Counted from the first letter of the stretch, positions 37,676-47,966 are shown. The stretch: DNA of 64,000 bases from Candidatus Micrarchaeia archaeon (GCA_035533215.1 DATLUG010000028.1:7680-71679); one strand, 5' to 3'. Made by a program: numbers and translations. Notes: generated by a model from the sequence alone, not told the origin.

Positions 37676-38842
37676 TTGCTCAGCCAGGTCTCATCGGGGA
37701 CCCCGCACACTGTCGGGGTGAGGGCCCTCCCGCGCGGTCGCACCGGCTCCCGGCCGCTCTGGGCGGCGGCGGCGGCGGCCCTCTGTGTCGCCGTGGCGGC
37801 CTGCGGGCCGGCCACCGGCCCCACCCGCCCGCGCGCCACCCACCGGCCGCGGGCGGCGGCCAGCCCGGGCGGCGCGACCGCCGCGACCCTGCCTGCGGCC
37901 GCGGGCCGCGGGGTGCTCTCCCAGGCGCTGACGGCGCTCCAGGACGACTACGTCCGGGTGGTCAAGCGGGTGGCGCCGTCGGTGGTCCAGATCTCCACCA
38001 GCAGCGACCTGGGCTCGGGGATCGTCTTCGACGCCCGCGGCGACATCGTGACCAACAACCACGTGGTGAGCGGCCACCGCCACTTCACCGTCACCCTGGC
38101 CGACGGCACCGTCACCCACGGAACCCTGGTCAACACCTTCCGGGCCGACGACCTGGCCGTGATCCGGGTGCGGGCCAAAGGGCTCCACCCCGCCAGCTTC
38201 GCCGACTCCAGCCGCCTCCAGGTGGGCGACATCGTGATGGCGATCGGCAACCCCCTGGGCCTGCAGAGCAGCGTCAGCACCGGCATCATCAGCGCCACCG
38301 GGCGGACCGTCCAGGAGCCGAGCGGGGTCACCCTGCCGGACGTCCTCCAGACCAGTGCCGCGATCAACCCCGGCAACAGCGGCGGGGCGCTGGTGGACCT
38401 CGCCGGCCAGGTGGTGGGGATCCCCACCCTGGCCGCCCTCGACAGCAACCTCGGCGGCTCCCAGGCCCCCGGGATCGGCTTCGCCATCCCCAGTGACGTC
38501 GTCTCCGACATCGCCGGGCAGATCATCCGCCACGGGCGGGTGCTGAACAGCCACCGCGCCTTCCTCGGGGTCGACGTCGGCAACGTCCTCAGCGCCGACG
38601 GCAGCCCCGGCGGCGCCCAGGTGGCCAAGGTGGTGGCGGGAGACCCGGCCGCCAGGGCCGGCATCCGCGCCCAGGACATCATCGTCGCCGTCGACCACCG
38701 CCCCACCCTGTCCGTCGACGCCCTCACCTCGGTGCTGGCCCAGCTCCGCCCCGGAGAGCGGGTGCCGGTGGCGATCGTGACGCCGTCGGGCGTGCACGAG
38801 ACGGTGACCGTGCGCCTCGGCCAGGTGCCGTCGTCGGGCTGA
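37676..38842 (+). CDS. HtrA/DegP-family serine protease paralog, probable lipoprotein
   Basis: Lipobox-like LCVAVAAC. TNNHVV, DDLAVIRV, GNSGGALVD and a PDZ domain. Tandem with the upstream paralog. Confidence 0.85.
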   Translation: MLSQVSSGTPHTVGVRALPRGRTGSRPLWAAAAAALCVAVAACGPATGPTRPRATHRPRAAASPGGATAATLPAAAGRGVLSQALTALQDDYVRVVKRVAPSVVQISTSSDLGSGIVFDARGDIVTNNHVVSGHRHFTVTLADGTVTHGTLVNTFRADDLAVIRVRAKGLHPASFADSSRLQVGDIVMAIGNPLGLQSSVSTGIISATGRTVQEPSGVTLPDVLQTSAAINPGNSGGALVDLAGQVVGIPTLAALDSNLGGSQAPGIGFAIPSDVVSDIAGQIIRHGRVLNSHRAFLGVDVGNVLSADGSPGGAQVAKVVAGDPAARAGIRAQDIIVAVDHRPTLSVDALTSVLAQLRPGERVPVAIVTPSGVHETVTVRLGQVPSSG

Positions 38843-38937
38843 CCCGGGGCGGCTGCCCGATACCGGTCCGCCGGGGCGGTCCCCCACCCCGCGGACCGTA
38901 TGATCAGGGCCGCGGCACCAGCAGGGAGGCTCCTTCC

Positions 38938-39288
38938 ATGACCGACGATCCAGCGGGAACCCCGCCGGACGTAGAGGAGCGCGTCGCCTGGACCGCGACC
39001 CCGTACCACGCACCGGTGCTGGACCGGGACGGCGGGGCCATCGGCACCACCGAGTCGCTCCTCGGCGACGAGGCGTCGGACATCTTCCACGGCCTCGCCG
39101 TCCGCCGCCACGGCGGCGAGGTGGTGGAGCTGGCGGCGGACCGGGTGGAGCGCATCACCCGCACCGCCGTCCACACCTCGCTGGGCGCCGCCGACGCGGT
39201 CCAGCTTCCCGCCTACCGGCCCGAGCACTGGTTCCACCTGGGCTGGGGCGGGCTCTTCCGCAAGCGCCCGGAGTGGGAAGACAGCTGA
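38938..39288 (+). CDS. Small hypothetical protein, possibly PRC-barrel-like
   Basis: 116 aa with GGGAGG 7 nt upstream of the ATG. The domain assignment is tentative. Confidence 0.45.
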   Translation: MTDDPAGTPPDVEERVAWTATPYHAPVLDRDGGAIGTTESLLGDEASDIFHGLAVRRHGGEVVELAADRVERITRTAVHTSLGAADAVQLPAYRPEHWFHLGWGGLFRKRPEWEDS

Positions 39289-40958
39289 CCACGCCCGGGT
39301 CGGCGCCGCCCGCCCATCGCGGCCGGCGGCCGCCGCGCGGGGCCCTCGTCGCCGGGGCCGGCCTTCTGGTCCTGATCGCGGCCGCCGGCGGCTGGTGGGC
39401 GGCGGGGCGCCACCCCGCCCCGGCCCGCCGCGGGACGGTGCTGGTGGTGGCGACGGTGGCCCGGCCGGTCCCGACCCACGCCCAGATCGGGCTGGAGCCC
39501 ACCGGCCTCGCGCTCCACCCGGCCGGCCGGCCGTGGGCGGGCGGCTGGCGGCGGGCGGCGGTCCGGGTGGGCACGGTGGCGCTGCCCGGCCAGGCGGTGG
39601 CGCCGGGCGAGACCTCCCTGGTCCAGCTGCGGGTGCCGGTGGGCCGCTACGACGGGGTCGCGCTCAGCTGGCGGGACACCCCCGCCGGCCGGGTCGCCAC
39701 CACCAGGCGGCACGCCCTGGTGGTGGTGGGCCGGACCGGGCTGACCCCGGTCCTGGTGACCCTGCGCCTGGCAGCGGAGGGGAGCGCGCCGGTCGCCGTC
39801 ACCGCCGCCTACGGCGGCAACACCGCGCTCAACTTCGGCCTCCAGGTGGCGGCCGGCACCGTTCTCGCCGCGCCCACCCTGAAGCTGGTGGGGGCCGCCG
39901 GTCGGACGGCGTCCCTGCGCGACTACCGCGGCCAGGTGGTGGTGCTCGCCTCCTTCCTCACCCAGTGCCAGGAGAGCTGCCCGCTGGTGGACGCGGCCCT
40001 GCTCCAGGTCTGGCAGGCCATCCGCCGCCGCGGCCTCACCTCACGGGTGCGGGTGGTGATGGTCACCCAGGAGCCACAGGTGGACACCCCGGCGGCGGTC
40101 GCCCGCTACGCCCGCCACTTCGGGCTCCCCTTCACCCTCCTCACCGGCGGGGTGGCCACGGTCGACCGCTTCTGGCGCGAGCTGCACATCCCCCCGGGGG
40201 TGAACGCCCCGATCCGGGGGCGGGGGCCGGTCGACCCCTTCACCGGCCGCCGGGCGACGACCAACCCCCTCCACCCCTCGGCGGTGATCGTGATCGACCC
40301 CCGGGGGGAGGTGGTGTCGACCCTCCTCGGCCAGCCCACGATCCGAGGCGGCGTGCCCACCGTCGTCGCCCGCTACCTCGACGCCCAGGGGCGCGCGGAG
40401 CTGCGGGCGGGGGGGAGCTGGTCGCCGGCGACGGTCACCCGCTCCGTGCTGGGATTGCTGCAGAGCGAGGGGGTGGGAGCGGCCTTCCCCAAGCCCGCCG
40501 GCGCCAGGACGGTCGCCCGGGTCGGCAGCCTCGCCCCGCCCTTCACCCTGCGGAGCTCGGCGGGCGGGTGGACCAGCCTTGTGGGCCTGCGCGGGCACCC
40601 CGTGATCCTCGACTTCTGGGCCACCTGGTGCATCAACTGCCGCCGGGAGCTGCCGCTGCTGGACCGCACCGCCCGCCGCGACCGGGGCCACGGGCTGCGG
40701 CTGATCCTCGTCAACTACCAGCAGGGGCGGGCCACCGCCACGGCCTACCTGCGCCGCCTGGGCGTGCGCCGGCCCACCCTGCTCGACCCCCAGGGCGCGG
40801 TGGCGGCGCGGTACGGGGCGGTCGCCCTGCCCGTCAACGTGTTCCTGACCGCGGGCGGCAGGGTGGCCGGGATCCAGGTCGGGCAGCTGAGCCCCGCCAC
40901 CCTCTCCGCCCAGCTGCGCCCGATCCTGCCGAGGTCGGGGGCGGCTGCCCCCGGCTGA
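39273..40958 (+). CDS. Membrane-anchored protein with two thioredoxin folds: an SCO1/SenC-like domain (CxxxC) fused to a TlpA/ResA-like thiol-disulfide oxidoreductase domain (WCxxC)
   Basis: N-terminal TM segment (LVAGAGLLVLIAAAGGWW). LASFLTQCQESCP is the SCO-type motif. ILDFWATWCINCRRELP is the TlpA-type CxxC motif. Confidence 0.7.
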   Translation: MGRQLTTPGSAPPAHRGRRPPRGALVAGAGLLVLIAAAGGWWAAGRHPAPARRGTVLVVATVARPVPTHAQIGLEPTGLALHPAGRPWAGGWRRAAVRVGTVALPGQAVAPGETSLVQLRVPVGRYDGVALSWRDTPAGRVATTRRHALVVVGRTGLTPVLVTLRLAAEGSAPVAVTAAYGGNTALNFGLQVAAGTVLAAPTLKLVGAAGRTASLRDYRGQVVVLASFLTQCQESCPLVDAALLQVWQAIRRRGLTSRVRVVMVTQEPQVDTPAAVARYARHFGLPFTLLTGGVATVDRFWRELHIPPGVNAPIRGRGPVDPFTGRRATTNPLHPSAVIVIDPRGEVVSTLLGQPTIRGGVPTVVARYLDAQGRAELRAGGSWSPATVTRSVLGLLQSEGVGAAFPKPAGARTVARVGSLAPPFTLRSSAGGWTSLVGLRGHPVILDFWATWCINCRRELPLLDRTARRDRGHGLRLILVNYQQGRATATAYLRRLGVRRPTLLDPQGAVAARYGAVALPVNVFLTAGGRVAGIQVGQLSPATLSAQLRPILPRSGAAAPG

Positions 40959-41179
40959 GCTGGGGCCGGCGGCGCGGCCGGCCGGGGCCGCGGGACGGCT
41001 CTGGTACGATCGCCCGACGATGGTGAAGGCCCTGGGCCGGCGATGTACCGAGGCGCCCCGGCGCTGACCAGCACCCGCTGACCAGCGCCCGCTGCCCGCC
41101 CCGGTCGAGCCCGGCCGGCCGGACCTCCCGGGAGGCCGCGCCTCCCACCCTCCACCCGTCCCCATCCAAGGAGCCAACC

Positions 41180-42031
41180 ATGAGCGACTACGCCCGCCCG
41201 GACGTCCTGGTCACCACCGCCTGGCTCGCCGACCACCTCCAGGACCGAGACCTCGTCGTCATCGACGTCGACGAGGACACCACCGCCTACCAGCGCGGCC
41301 ACATCCCCGGGGCCAAGGGGGTGCACTGGCGCGACGACCTCCAGGACCCGATCCGGCGCGACTTCGTGGGACCGGAGGGCTTCAGCGCCCTGATGGACCG
41401 CCTCGGGGTGACCAGGGACACCCGGGTGGTCCTCTACGGCGGCAACAAGAACTGGTTCGCGGCCTATGCCTACTGGTACTTCACCTACTACGGCCACCCC
41501 CTGGTCCAGCTGCTCGACGGCGGCCGCAGGAAGTGGGAGCTGGAGGGCCGGCCGCTGACCGCGGAGGTGGCCCCGGCCAGCCCGGCCCATGGCTACCGGC
41601 CGGGCCCCGGCGACCCCGCCATCCGGATCTTCCGCGACGACGTCGCGGCTCAGGTCCTGGGCCGGCCCGACGCCACCCTGGTCGACGTCCGCTCCCCCGA
41701 GGAGTTCCGGGGCGAGCGCCTCACCCCCGACCACCTGCCCAACGAGGGGGCCCAGAAGGCGGGCCACATCCCGGGCGCCCGCAACATCCCCTGGAGCAAG
41801 GCGGTCGACGCCGAGCAGGAGACCTTCCTCCCCGCCGACCAGCTGCGCGCCCTCTACCAGGCCGAGGGGGTGACCCCCGACAAGGACGTGGTCGCCTACT
41901 GCCGGATCGGGGAGCGCTCGGCCCACACCTGGTTCGTGCTCCACGAGCTCCTCGGCTACCCCAAGGTCCGCAACTACGACGGCTCCTGGACCGAGTGGGG
42001 CAGCCTGGTGCGGGCCCCGATCGAGCGCTGA
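41180..42031 (+). CDS. Thiosulfate/3-mercaptopyruvate sulfurtransferase (tandem rhodanese domains)
   Basis: AAGGAG 6 nt upstream of the ATG. Active-site loop YCRIGERS in the second rhodanese domain. 283 aa. Confidence 0.9.
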   Translation: MSDYARPDVLVTTAWLADHLQDRDLVVIDVDEDTTAYQRGHIPGAKGVHWRDDLQDPIRRDFVGPEGFSALMDRLGVTRDTRVVLYGGNKNWFAAYAYWYFTYYGHPLVQLLDGGRRKWELEGRPLTAEVAPASPAHGYRPGPGDPAIRIFRDDVAAQVLGRPDATLVDVRSPEEFRGERLTPDHLPNEGAQKAGHIPGARNIPWSKAVDAEQETFLPADQLRALYQAEGVTPDKDVVAYCRIGERSAHTWFVLHELLGYPKVRNYDGSWTEWGSLVRAPIER

Positions 42032-42046
42032 GCGCCCTCCCCCGGC

Positions 42047-42106
42047 GGGGCCGAAAGGCCCCCGCGTGGGGGAGGGGGGGCACCGGGGGGCTCGGCCCCC
42101 CGGTGC
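42047..42106. terminator. Two GC-rich hairpins between the convergent rhodanese and solute-binding-protein genes; candidate bidirectional terminators
   Basis: ggggcc-gaaa-ggcccc (42047-42062) and gcaccgggggg-ctcgg-ccccccggtgc (42080-42106). Confidence 0.45.
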
Positions 42107-42113
42107 CACGGGC

Positions 42114-43995
42114 TCAGCCGGAGACGGACCAGGCCTGCGGGTAGATGTTGAGGTTGGGGTCCTGGGGCAGCGCACCCTTGAGGTGGGGGCTGATCACCGA
42201 GAGCTGGTAGTAGTAGTCGGGCTCCCAGATCACGGGCAGGTTCTTGGCGGCGTAGTTCTGCTCCGCGAAGAAGGGGGTGACGCCGGCGACCAGGCTGGTC
42301 TGCGCGATCAGGCGGTCCAGCTCGGGGCTCTTGTACCCGGCGGCGTTGTTGCTGCCGCCGCTGCCGATCCACATCGCGGCGGTGGGCAGGTACTGGGGGG
42401 AGTAGGTCGGGGTCGACCCCGGCTGGCCGAAGTTGGCGATCTGCCAGGAGCAGCCCGCCTTGGTCTGCTTGTTGCAGGGCACCAGCTCGGCGAAGAGGGT
42501 GGCCTCGGGGGTCTGGCTGATGGTGAGGTGGATCCCGGCCAGGGTCCAGTCGGACTGGATCACCGCCATCTCGGCGTTGAAGGCGACCGAGCCCGGTGAG
42601 CTGATCACGTTGAAGCTCATCGCGGCGCCGGCGGCGATCCCGGCCCCGCAGTCGCCGGTGCCGGTGCCGGCCTTGCGGCAGGTGTCGACGCCGTTGCGGT
42701 GGACCGACCAGCCGTGGCTGCTCAGCAGCCGGCGGGCGGCGCTGACGCTGAACGGGTACGGGTCGGACGCCTCGTAGCGGCTGAGGTAGGCGCTCTTGGG
42801 CAGGACCGGCACCGGCCCGTAGGTGGGATACGCCTGGCCGTGGTAGATGTCCTTGACGATGCGGTTCTGGTCCACCAGCCGCTGCATCGCCTGGCGCACG
42901 TAGAGCTGCTTGAAGATCGCCCCCACCTTGGGGTTGGTGTAGTTGATCCAGAAGTTGTTGAAGCCCCAGTCCACCCAGGGGTTGACGGTGTAGCCGCGGG
43001 AGGTGAAGTACGACTTCTGGTCGAGGTCCTGGGTGGGCAGGTAGCCGAAGTCGAGGGTGCCGGCCCGCAGGGCGTCGAACTCGGCGGTGTCGCTGGTGAA
43101 GGGGATCTCCTCGAAGCGGGCGATCCTGGGCTTCTGGGGCCCTGAGTAGTTGGGGTTGGGCACGAAGGCGGCGAAGCCGGTGGCGGGGGTGTAGGCCGCC
43201 AGCTTGAAGGGACCGTCGACCACCTTCCACATCGGGTTGGTGGTGTAGGTGGTCTCCTGCTTGGACTGGCCGTCGATGTACTTCCAGACCCGGGCCGCCC
43301 CCGGGGTGGTGCGGTCGTAGTTGCCGATCGGTCCCGCCGCCGAGGTGCGGTCCCAGGCGTGCTGGGGGATGGCGAAGATCATGCTGAGGTTGTTGTAGAG
43401 CAGCCAGGTCGAGCCGTAGGCGCGGTTGAAGGTGAGGCTGAAGGTCTCGGGGGTGGATTTGGGAAAGCTCATCGAGGTGATGTTGTCGGGGATGTCACCG
43501 GGGACGTAGCCCACCCACTGCGCCTTCTCCGCCATCAGGATGTGCATCCACAGCTCGATGTCGCGGTTGGTGACCGGCCGGCCGTCCGACCACAGGTAGT
43601 GCTTGAGGGTGATGGTGACGGTGCGGCCGTGGTTGGAGGAGACCGGCTTCTCCCCCATGCTGAGGTTGTAGTTGATGGTGAACTGACCGTGGTTGCCGAA
43701 CCAGTAGAGGGGGCGATAGAGGAAGTACTCGCACTGGAAGAGGTCGATGTTGTTGGACTCCGGGCCGTTGATGAAGGGGGAGATGTAGTTGCAGTACTCT
43801 CCCGGCGGCAGCGCGAAGGTGACGGTGCCGCGGGGGGCGGCCCGGGTGCCCACGCTGGCCAGGCCCACCAGGGCCGAGCCGAGGACGGCGGCCCCGGCCG
43901 CCGCCGCCGCCAGCGCCGCCCGCCACCGGCGGCGTCCGGGCCTGGGGCCGCCGGCCCCGATCCCGGTTCGGATGCGGTGCAGCGATGTCACCATC
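42114..43995 (-). CDS. ABC-transporter family 5 solute-binding protein (Opp/Dpp/Nik-like); orphan, with no adjacent permease or ATPase genes
   Basis: ATG at 43995 with GGGAGGGG upstream. Signal peptide RRRWRAALAAAAAGAAVLGSALVGLASVG. ~600-aa periplasmic-binding fold. The track ORF extends to 44069. Confidence 0.8.
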
Positions 43996-44148
43996 TCGGA
44001 TCCCCTCCCTCGGCGGCCCCCGTCTGGGTCGCGGCCGCCCCTGATCTGTGGATTGCATGGTGGCGACAATCGCCGCCCGGGTCAAGTCCCGCGGTGCCGG
44101 GATCGCGCCGGTTCCCGGCGGCCGCCGCCGGGGCGACCCGACGAGGGC

Positions 44149-44544
44149 TCAGCCGCCCTCGGCCGCGGCCGGGCTGCGCAGCCACCCCGCCAGGGTGGTG
44201 GGGAAGGTGGTGAGGTCGATGGGCTTGGTGAGGTAGCCGTCGAAGCCGGCTCGGAGACCGCGCCGGATGTCCCCGTCCATCGCGTGGGCGGTGAGGGCCA
44301 CCATCGGTCGGTCCCGCCAGTGGGGGTCCTGGCGCAGCCGGCGGACGAGGCTCCAGCCGTCCTCGCCAGGGAGGGACAGGTCGATGAGGAAGAGGTCGGG
44401 CTCGAGCCCGCCGCCCAGCTGCCGGTCGCAGCTGGGGGCGTCCTCGGCCACCGTCACCTGCCAGCCGGCGTCCCCCAGGACGGCCGACACCAGCACCCGG
44501 TTGTCGGGGTAGTCCTCGACCAGAAGGACGTGCGGTCGGCTCAC
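44149..44544 (-). CDS. Single-domain response regulator (CheY-like receiver)
   Basis: VSRPHVLLVEDYPDN...LFLIDLSLPGEDG...ALTAHAMDGD...GYLTKPI. GTG at ~44544, 35 nt after the kinase stop. The upstream part of the track ORF (to 46494) is an antisense artefact. Confidence 0.8.
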   Translation of the reverse strand: MSRPHVLLVEDYPDNRVLVSAVLGDAGWQVTVAEDAPSCDRQLGGGLEPDLFLIDLSLPGEDGWSLVRRLRQDPHWRDRPMVALTAHAMDGDIRRGLRAGFDGYLTKPIDLTTFPTTLAGWLRSPAAAEGG

Positions 44545-44579
44545 CACCGCCGCGCCCCCCCCCGGGCCGGCGCCCGCGC

Positions 44580-46526
44580 TCACGAGGCGGCCCGGGCCGT
44601 GTCGCGGCTGCGGCGGTGCTGGAGCAGGGCGGGGCGGAGGGCCTGCTCGGGCACCGGCCGGCGCAGGAAGCCGTCGGCCCCGGCCGCCCCCGCGGCCGCG
44701 GGGGCGGCGCCGCTGGTGACCAGCAGGACCGCCAGCTCGCGGGTGTCGGGCTGCTCTCTGAGCTGGTCGAGCAGGTGCTCGGCCCCCTCCCGGTCCAGGT
44801 CCGCGAGCAGCAGCACCACCGCCGGACGGAGCGCCGCCGCCGCCCGCAGCCCGGTGGGACCATCGGTGGTCCCGGCGAAGTCGAACCCGGCCGCGGTCGC
44901 CTGGACCTCCCAGCGGCCGAGCGCCTCCGGGTCCTGGGCGACGCCGAGGACCAGCGGGTGCTCCTGCCGCCCGGCGCGCAATCCCGCGCTCACCCGGGCC
45001 AGCGGCATCTGGATGGTGAAGCGGCTGCCGAACCCCACCTGGCTCTCCACCTCGATCCGGCCGCTCATGAGGGTCGCCAGCCGGCGCGAGATCGCCAGCC
45101 CCAGTCCGGTCGAGCCGAGCTCGTCGTGGATGCGGGCCGTCCCCCGGCGGAAGGCGTCGAAGATCGACTCCCGGTCCGCCTCGGGGATGCCGGGCCCGGT
45201 GTCGGCGACCGCGACCTGGATCGTGGTCGTCGTGGTCCGCAGCTCCACCGTCACCCCGCCCGCCTCGGTGAACTTGACCGCGTTGCCGACCAGGTTGGTG
45301 AGCACCTGGGTGAGGGCCCGGGGATCGGCGAGGGCCGCCGCCGGCTCCAGGCTGGGATGGAGGGTGAGCACCAGGGACTTCCGGTCGGCCACCGACCGGG
45401 CGTCCTCGACCACCTGTCGGACGATGACGTCCACCGCCGTGACGGCGCAGCCGACCTCCATCCGGCCGGCCTCCAGCCTGCTGAGGTCGAGGATGTCGCT
45501 GATCAGGCCGAGCAGGATGCGACCGTTGCGGATGACCCGATCGAGGTGGTCCTGGGCGGTCTCCGGGATGACCCCGGCGGCGCCGGTGCGGATCAGCTCG
45601 GCGAAGCCGAGGATGACGTTGAGCGGGGTCCGCAGCTCGTGGCTCATGGTGGCGAGGAACTCGCTCTTCACCTGGACCGCGCGGGCCAGCTCGGCGTTGC
45701 TGTCGCTGAGCCGCGCCTGCTTCTCCTGGAGGTGGAGCCCGGCGGTGGTGAGGTTGGCGTGGAGCTCGCGCAGCTCCGGGGTCCCCCGGGGCGGCTCCAG
45801 CCGGATGGGCCGGTCGTCGCCGAGGTCGCGGGCCATCTGCCCGAGGGCGGCCAGCGGCCGGAGGACCGACCGGGCGGTGAGCACGATCAGGGTGCCGGCC
45901 ACGACGCACCCGATCACCGACGTGAGCAGGACCAGGATGAAGATCTCGAGCTGGGCGGAGGCGGCCTGGCTGAGGTCCGCGGCGACCTGCGCCGAGGCCG
46001 CCCGCTTCAGCTGGCCGGCGGCGGTGTCGATGCGGTGGAAGAGCCGGTCGCCTTGGGGGAGCGCGGCCAGCAGCCCGGCCAGCGGGGTGGTGGCTCGGGC
46101 CCGGAGCTGGGGGGCGAGGTAGGCGCGCTCCCAGGTGCGGGCCCGCTGGCGCACCTGCGTCAGCGCCAGCACCAGGGCCCGGTCCCGCCGGGTGAGGCCG
46201 GCCAGGGTGGCCTCGTCGGCGGTGGCGGCGGCGAGGTTGTGGTGGACGGCGGCGAGCGAGCTCGCGTCGCCGGTGACGAGCGTCTCGCCGAGGGCGGTCT
46301 GGGCGCCGAGGAGATGGTTGAAGAGCCCGTCGGTGCTGGCCTGCAGCGGCAGGTCCCGGTGCCGCAGCTGGTTGTTGGCGGCCTGCATCGCGGTCAGCTG
46401 GGGCACCGCCGCCACCAGGTTGAGGACCAGCACCCCGACCAGGAGGAGGAGTCCCCCCGCCAGGCGCTGTCCGATGGAGGCGCTCCCGGGCCACCCGCGG
46501 CGGCGGCCGGCGACCGGCGCGCTCAC
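44580..46526 (-). CDS. Hybrid sensor histidine kinase: TM helix, ~170-aa extracytoplasmic helical sensor (CHASE3-like), TM helix, HisKA, HATPase_c and a C-terminal receiver-like domain
   Basis: H-box ATMSHELRTPLN. N, G1 and G2 boxes (LVGNAVKF, DTGPGI, GLGLAI). GTG at 46526 with a GTGA overlap on the EAL gene stop. The track ORF extends to 47927 (antisense artefact). Confidence 0.85.
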   Translation of the reverse strand: MSAPVAGRRRGWPGSASIGQRLAGGLLLLVGVLVLNLVAAVPQLTAMQAANNQLRHRDLPLQASTDGLFNHLLGAQTALGETLVTGDASSLAAVHHNLAAATADEATLAGLTRRDRALVLALTQVRQRARTWERAYLAPQLRARATTPLAGLLAALPQGDRLFHRIDTAAGQLKRAASAQVAADLSQAASAQLEIFILVLLTSVIGCVVAGTLIVLTARSVLRPLAALGQMARDLGDDRPIRLEPPRGTPELRELHANLTTAGLHLQEKQARLSDSNAELARAVQVKSEFLATMSHELRTPLNVILGFAELIRTGAAGVIPETAQDHLDRVIRNGRILLGLISDILDLSRLEAGRMEVGCAVTAVDVIVRQVVEDARSVADRKSLVLTLHPSLEPAAALADPRALTQVLTNLVGNAVKFTEAGGVTVELRTTTTTIQVAVADTGPGIPEADRESIFDAFRRGTARIHDELGSTGLGLAISRRLATLMSGRIEVESQVGFGSRFTIQMPLARVSAGLRAGRQEHPLVLGVAQDPEALGRWEVQATAAGFDFAGTTDGPTGLRAAAALRPAVVLLLADLDREGAEHLLDQLREQPDTRELAVLLVTSGAAPAAAGAAGADGFLRRPVPEQALRPALLQHRRSRDTARAAS

Positions 46527-47815
46527 GCCTGCCGCCTCAGGCCCCGGAGCGGGTGCCCCGCCGCCTGGCGGAGGGCCGCCAGGCCAGAGCCGGTGAGCGG
46601 CGGCGGATCCTCCGCCGGGCAGGCGAGCAGGAAGCCCTGGCCGTAGTCGACCCCCAGGCGTCGCAGCATCAGCAGCTGGGCGCGGGTCTCCACCCCCTCG
46701 GCGATCACCTCGGCCCCGATGCTGCGGGCGAGGTGGACCAGAGCGCTCACCACCGACTGGCGCACGGGGTCCTCCTCGCAGCCCTGGACCAGGTGCATGT
46801 CCACCTTGATGAACTCGGGGGCGAGCAGGGCCAGGGTGCCGAGCCCGGCATAGCCGGAGCCGACGTCGTCGAGCGCGTAGCGGTAGCCGCGTCGGCGGTA
46901 GCGGTCGGTGTGACGTCGGAAGGTGGTGAGGTCGGCGATCGGGCGCCGCTCGGTGACCTCGGCGACGATCTGGTCCTCCGGCCAGAGGTCGGGGCGATCC
47001 CAGTCGTGGCGGCGGGGCGGGGGGGCGTCGCCGAGCTCGCGGGGTTCGACGTTGACGAAGAGCAGCAGGTCCGGGCTGGCGAAGCGCTGGCCGGCCCGCA
47101 GCCGGGCCAGCCACACCAGCTCCCAGTGGAGCCCGCCCAGCAGGCCGGCCTGGTCGGCCGCCTCGAAGAGCCGACTCGGCATCTCCAGGGGGTGGTCGAC
47201 CGGCCCGCGGCAGAGCGCCTCGTAGCCGACGATCGCGCGGCGCTCCAGGTGGACGATCGGCTGGAAGAGGATCCGCAGGCGCTGGTGCTCCAGCAGGCTC
47301 GCCACCTGCTGGAGATGGGCGCGGCCGCGCGCCAGCACCGCCGCCCGGTCGCCCAGGGTGTTGAGCATGGCCCGCACCATGAGGGCCACCTTGGGCTCCA
47401 GGCCGACGGCCTCGGAGCCCGCCACCACGCTGACCCCGCACTGGGGGTGGCCGGCGGCCTGCAGCCGGGCGCCGATCTCGACCTCCAGGGTCTGGGCGGT
47501 GCGGAGGTCGTTGATGCGCCGGCAGGCGCCCTCGGCGCCGCCCAGGACCACCGCGGTGAGGACCGGGTCGCAGCGTCCGATCGCCGCCACCCCGTGGGCG
47601 CCGACCAGGGCGGTCGCCGCCTCGCGGACGGCGCCGGCGGTCACCGCCTCCGGGGCCGGGGGGTCGACCCCGACCAGGAGGACCCGGGTCGGGCGGCCCG
47701 CGAGGATGCGGCGGGTGACCTCGCGCTCCGCGCCGGCGCGGTCGAGCGGCGCGGCCGCGGGCACCGGGGGTGCCGCGGCGCGCTGCGGCTCGGCTGCGGG
47801 CATCGTCGTCCTCAT
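46523..47815 (-). CDS. EAL-domain protein (putative c-di-GMP phosphodiesterase) with an uncharacterised N-terminal domain
   Basis: IVGYEALCRG (EAL motif), DDVGSGYAGL and EGVETRAQL, which are conserved in EAL domains. Confidence 0.8.
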   Translation of the reverse strand: MRTTMPAAEPQRAAAPPVPAAAPLDRAGAEREVTRRILAGRPTRVLLVGVDPPAPEAVTAGAVREAATALVGAHGVAAIGRCDPVLTAVVLGGAEGACRRINDLRTAQTLEVEIGARLQAAGHPQCGVSVVAGSEAVGLEPKVALMVRAMLNTLGDRAAVLARGRAHLQQVASLLEHQRLRILFQPIVHLERRAIVGYEALCRGPVDHPLEMPSRLFEAADQAGLLGGLHWELVWLARLRAGQRFASPDLLLFVNVEPRELGDAPPPRRHDWDRPDLWPEDQIVAEVTERRPIADLTTFRRHTDRYRRRGYRYALDDVGSGYAGLGTLALLAPEFIKVDMHLVQGCEEDPVRQSVVSALVHLARSIGAEVIAEGVETRAQLLMLRRLGVDYGQGFLLACPAEDPPPLTGSGLAALRQAAGHPLRGLRRQA

Positions 47816-47966
47816 GGGTGTGGATCGCGGCCCGCGCCCGACCTGGAAGGCAAGCCCGGGCGCTCCAGCTGTGAGTGTGGCCGCCCGCTGTCACGGGGCC
47901 ATCGCGCCCGGGCGATGACCCGGTCACGCCTCGCCGTGGGCCGCGCCGGCCGTCCGGCGGCCCCGC

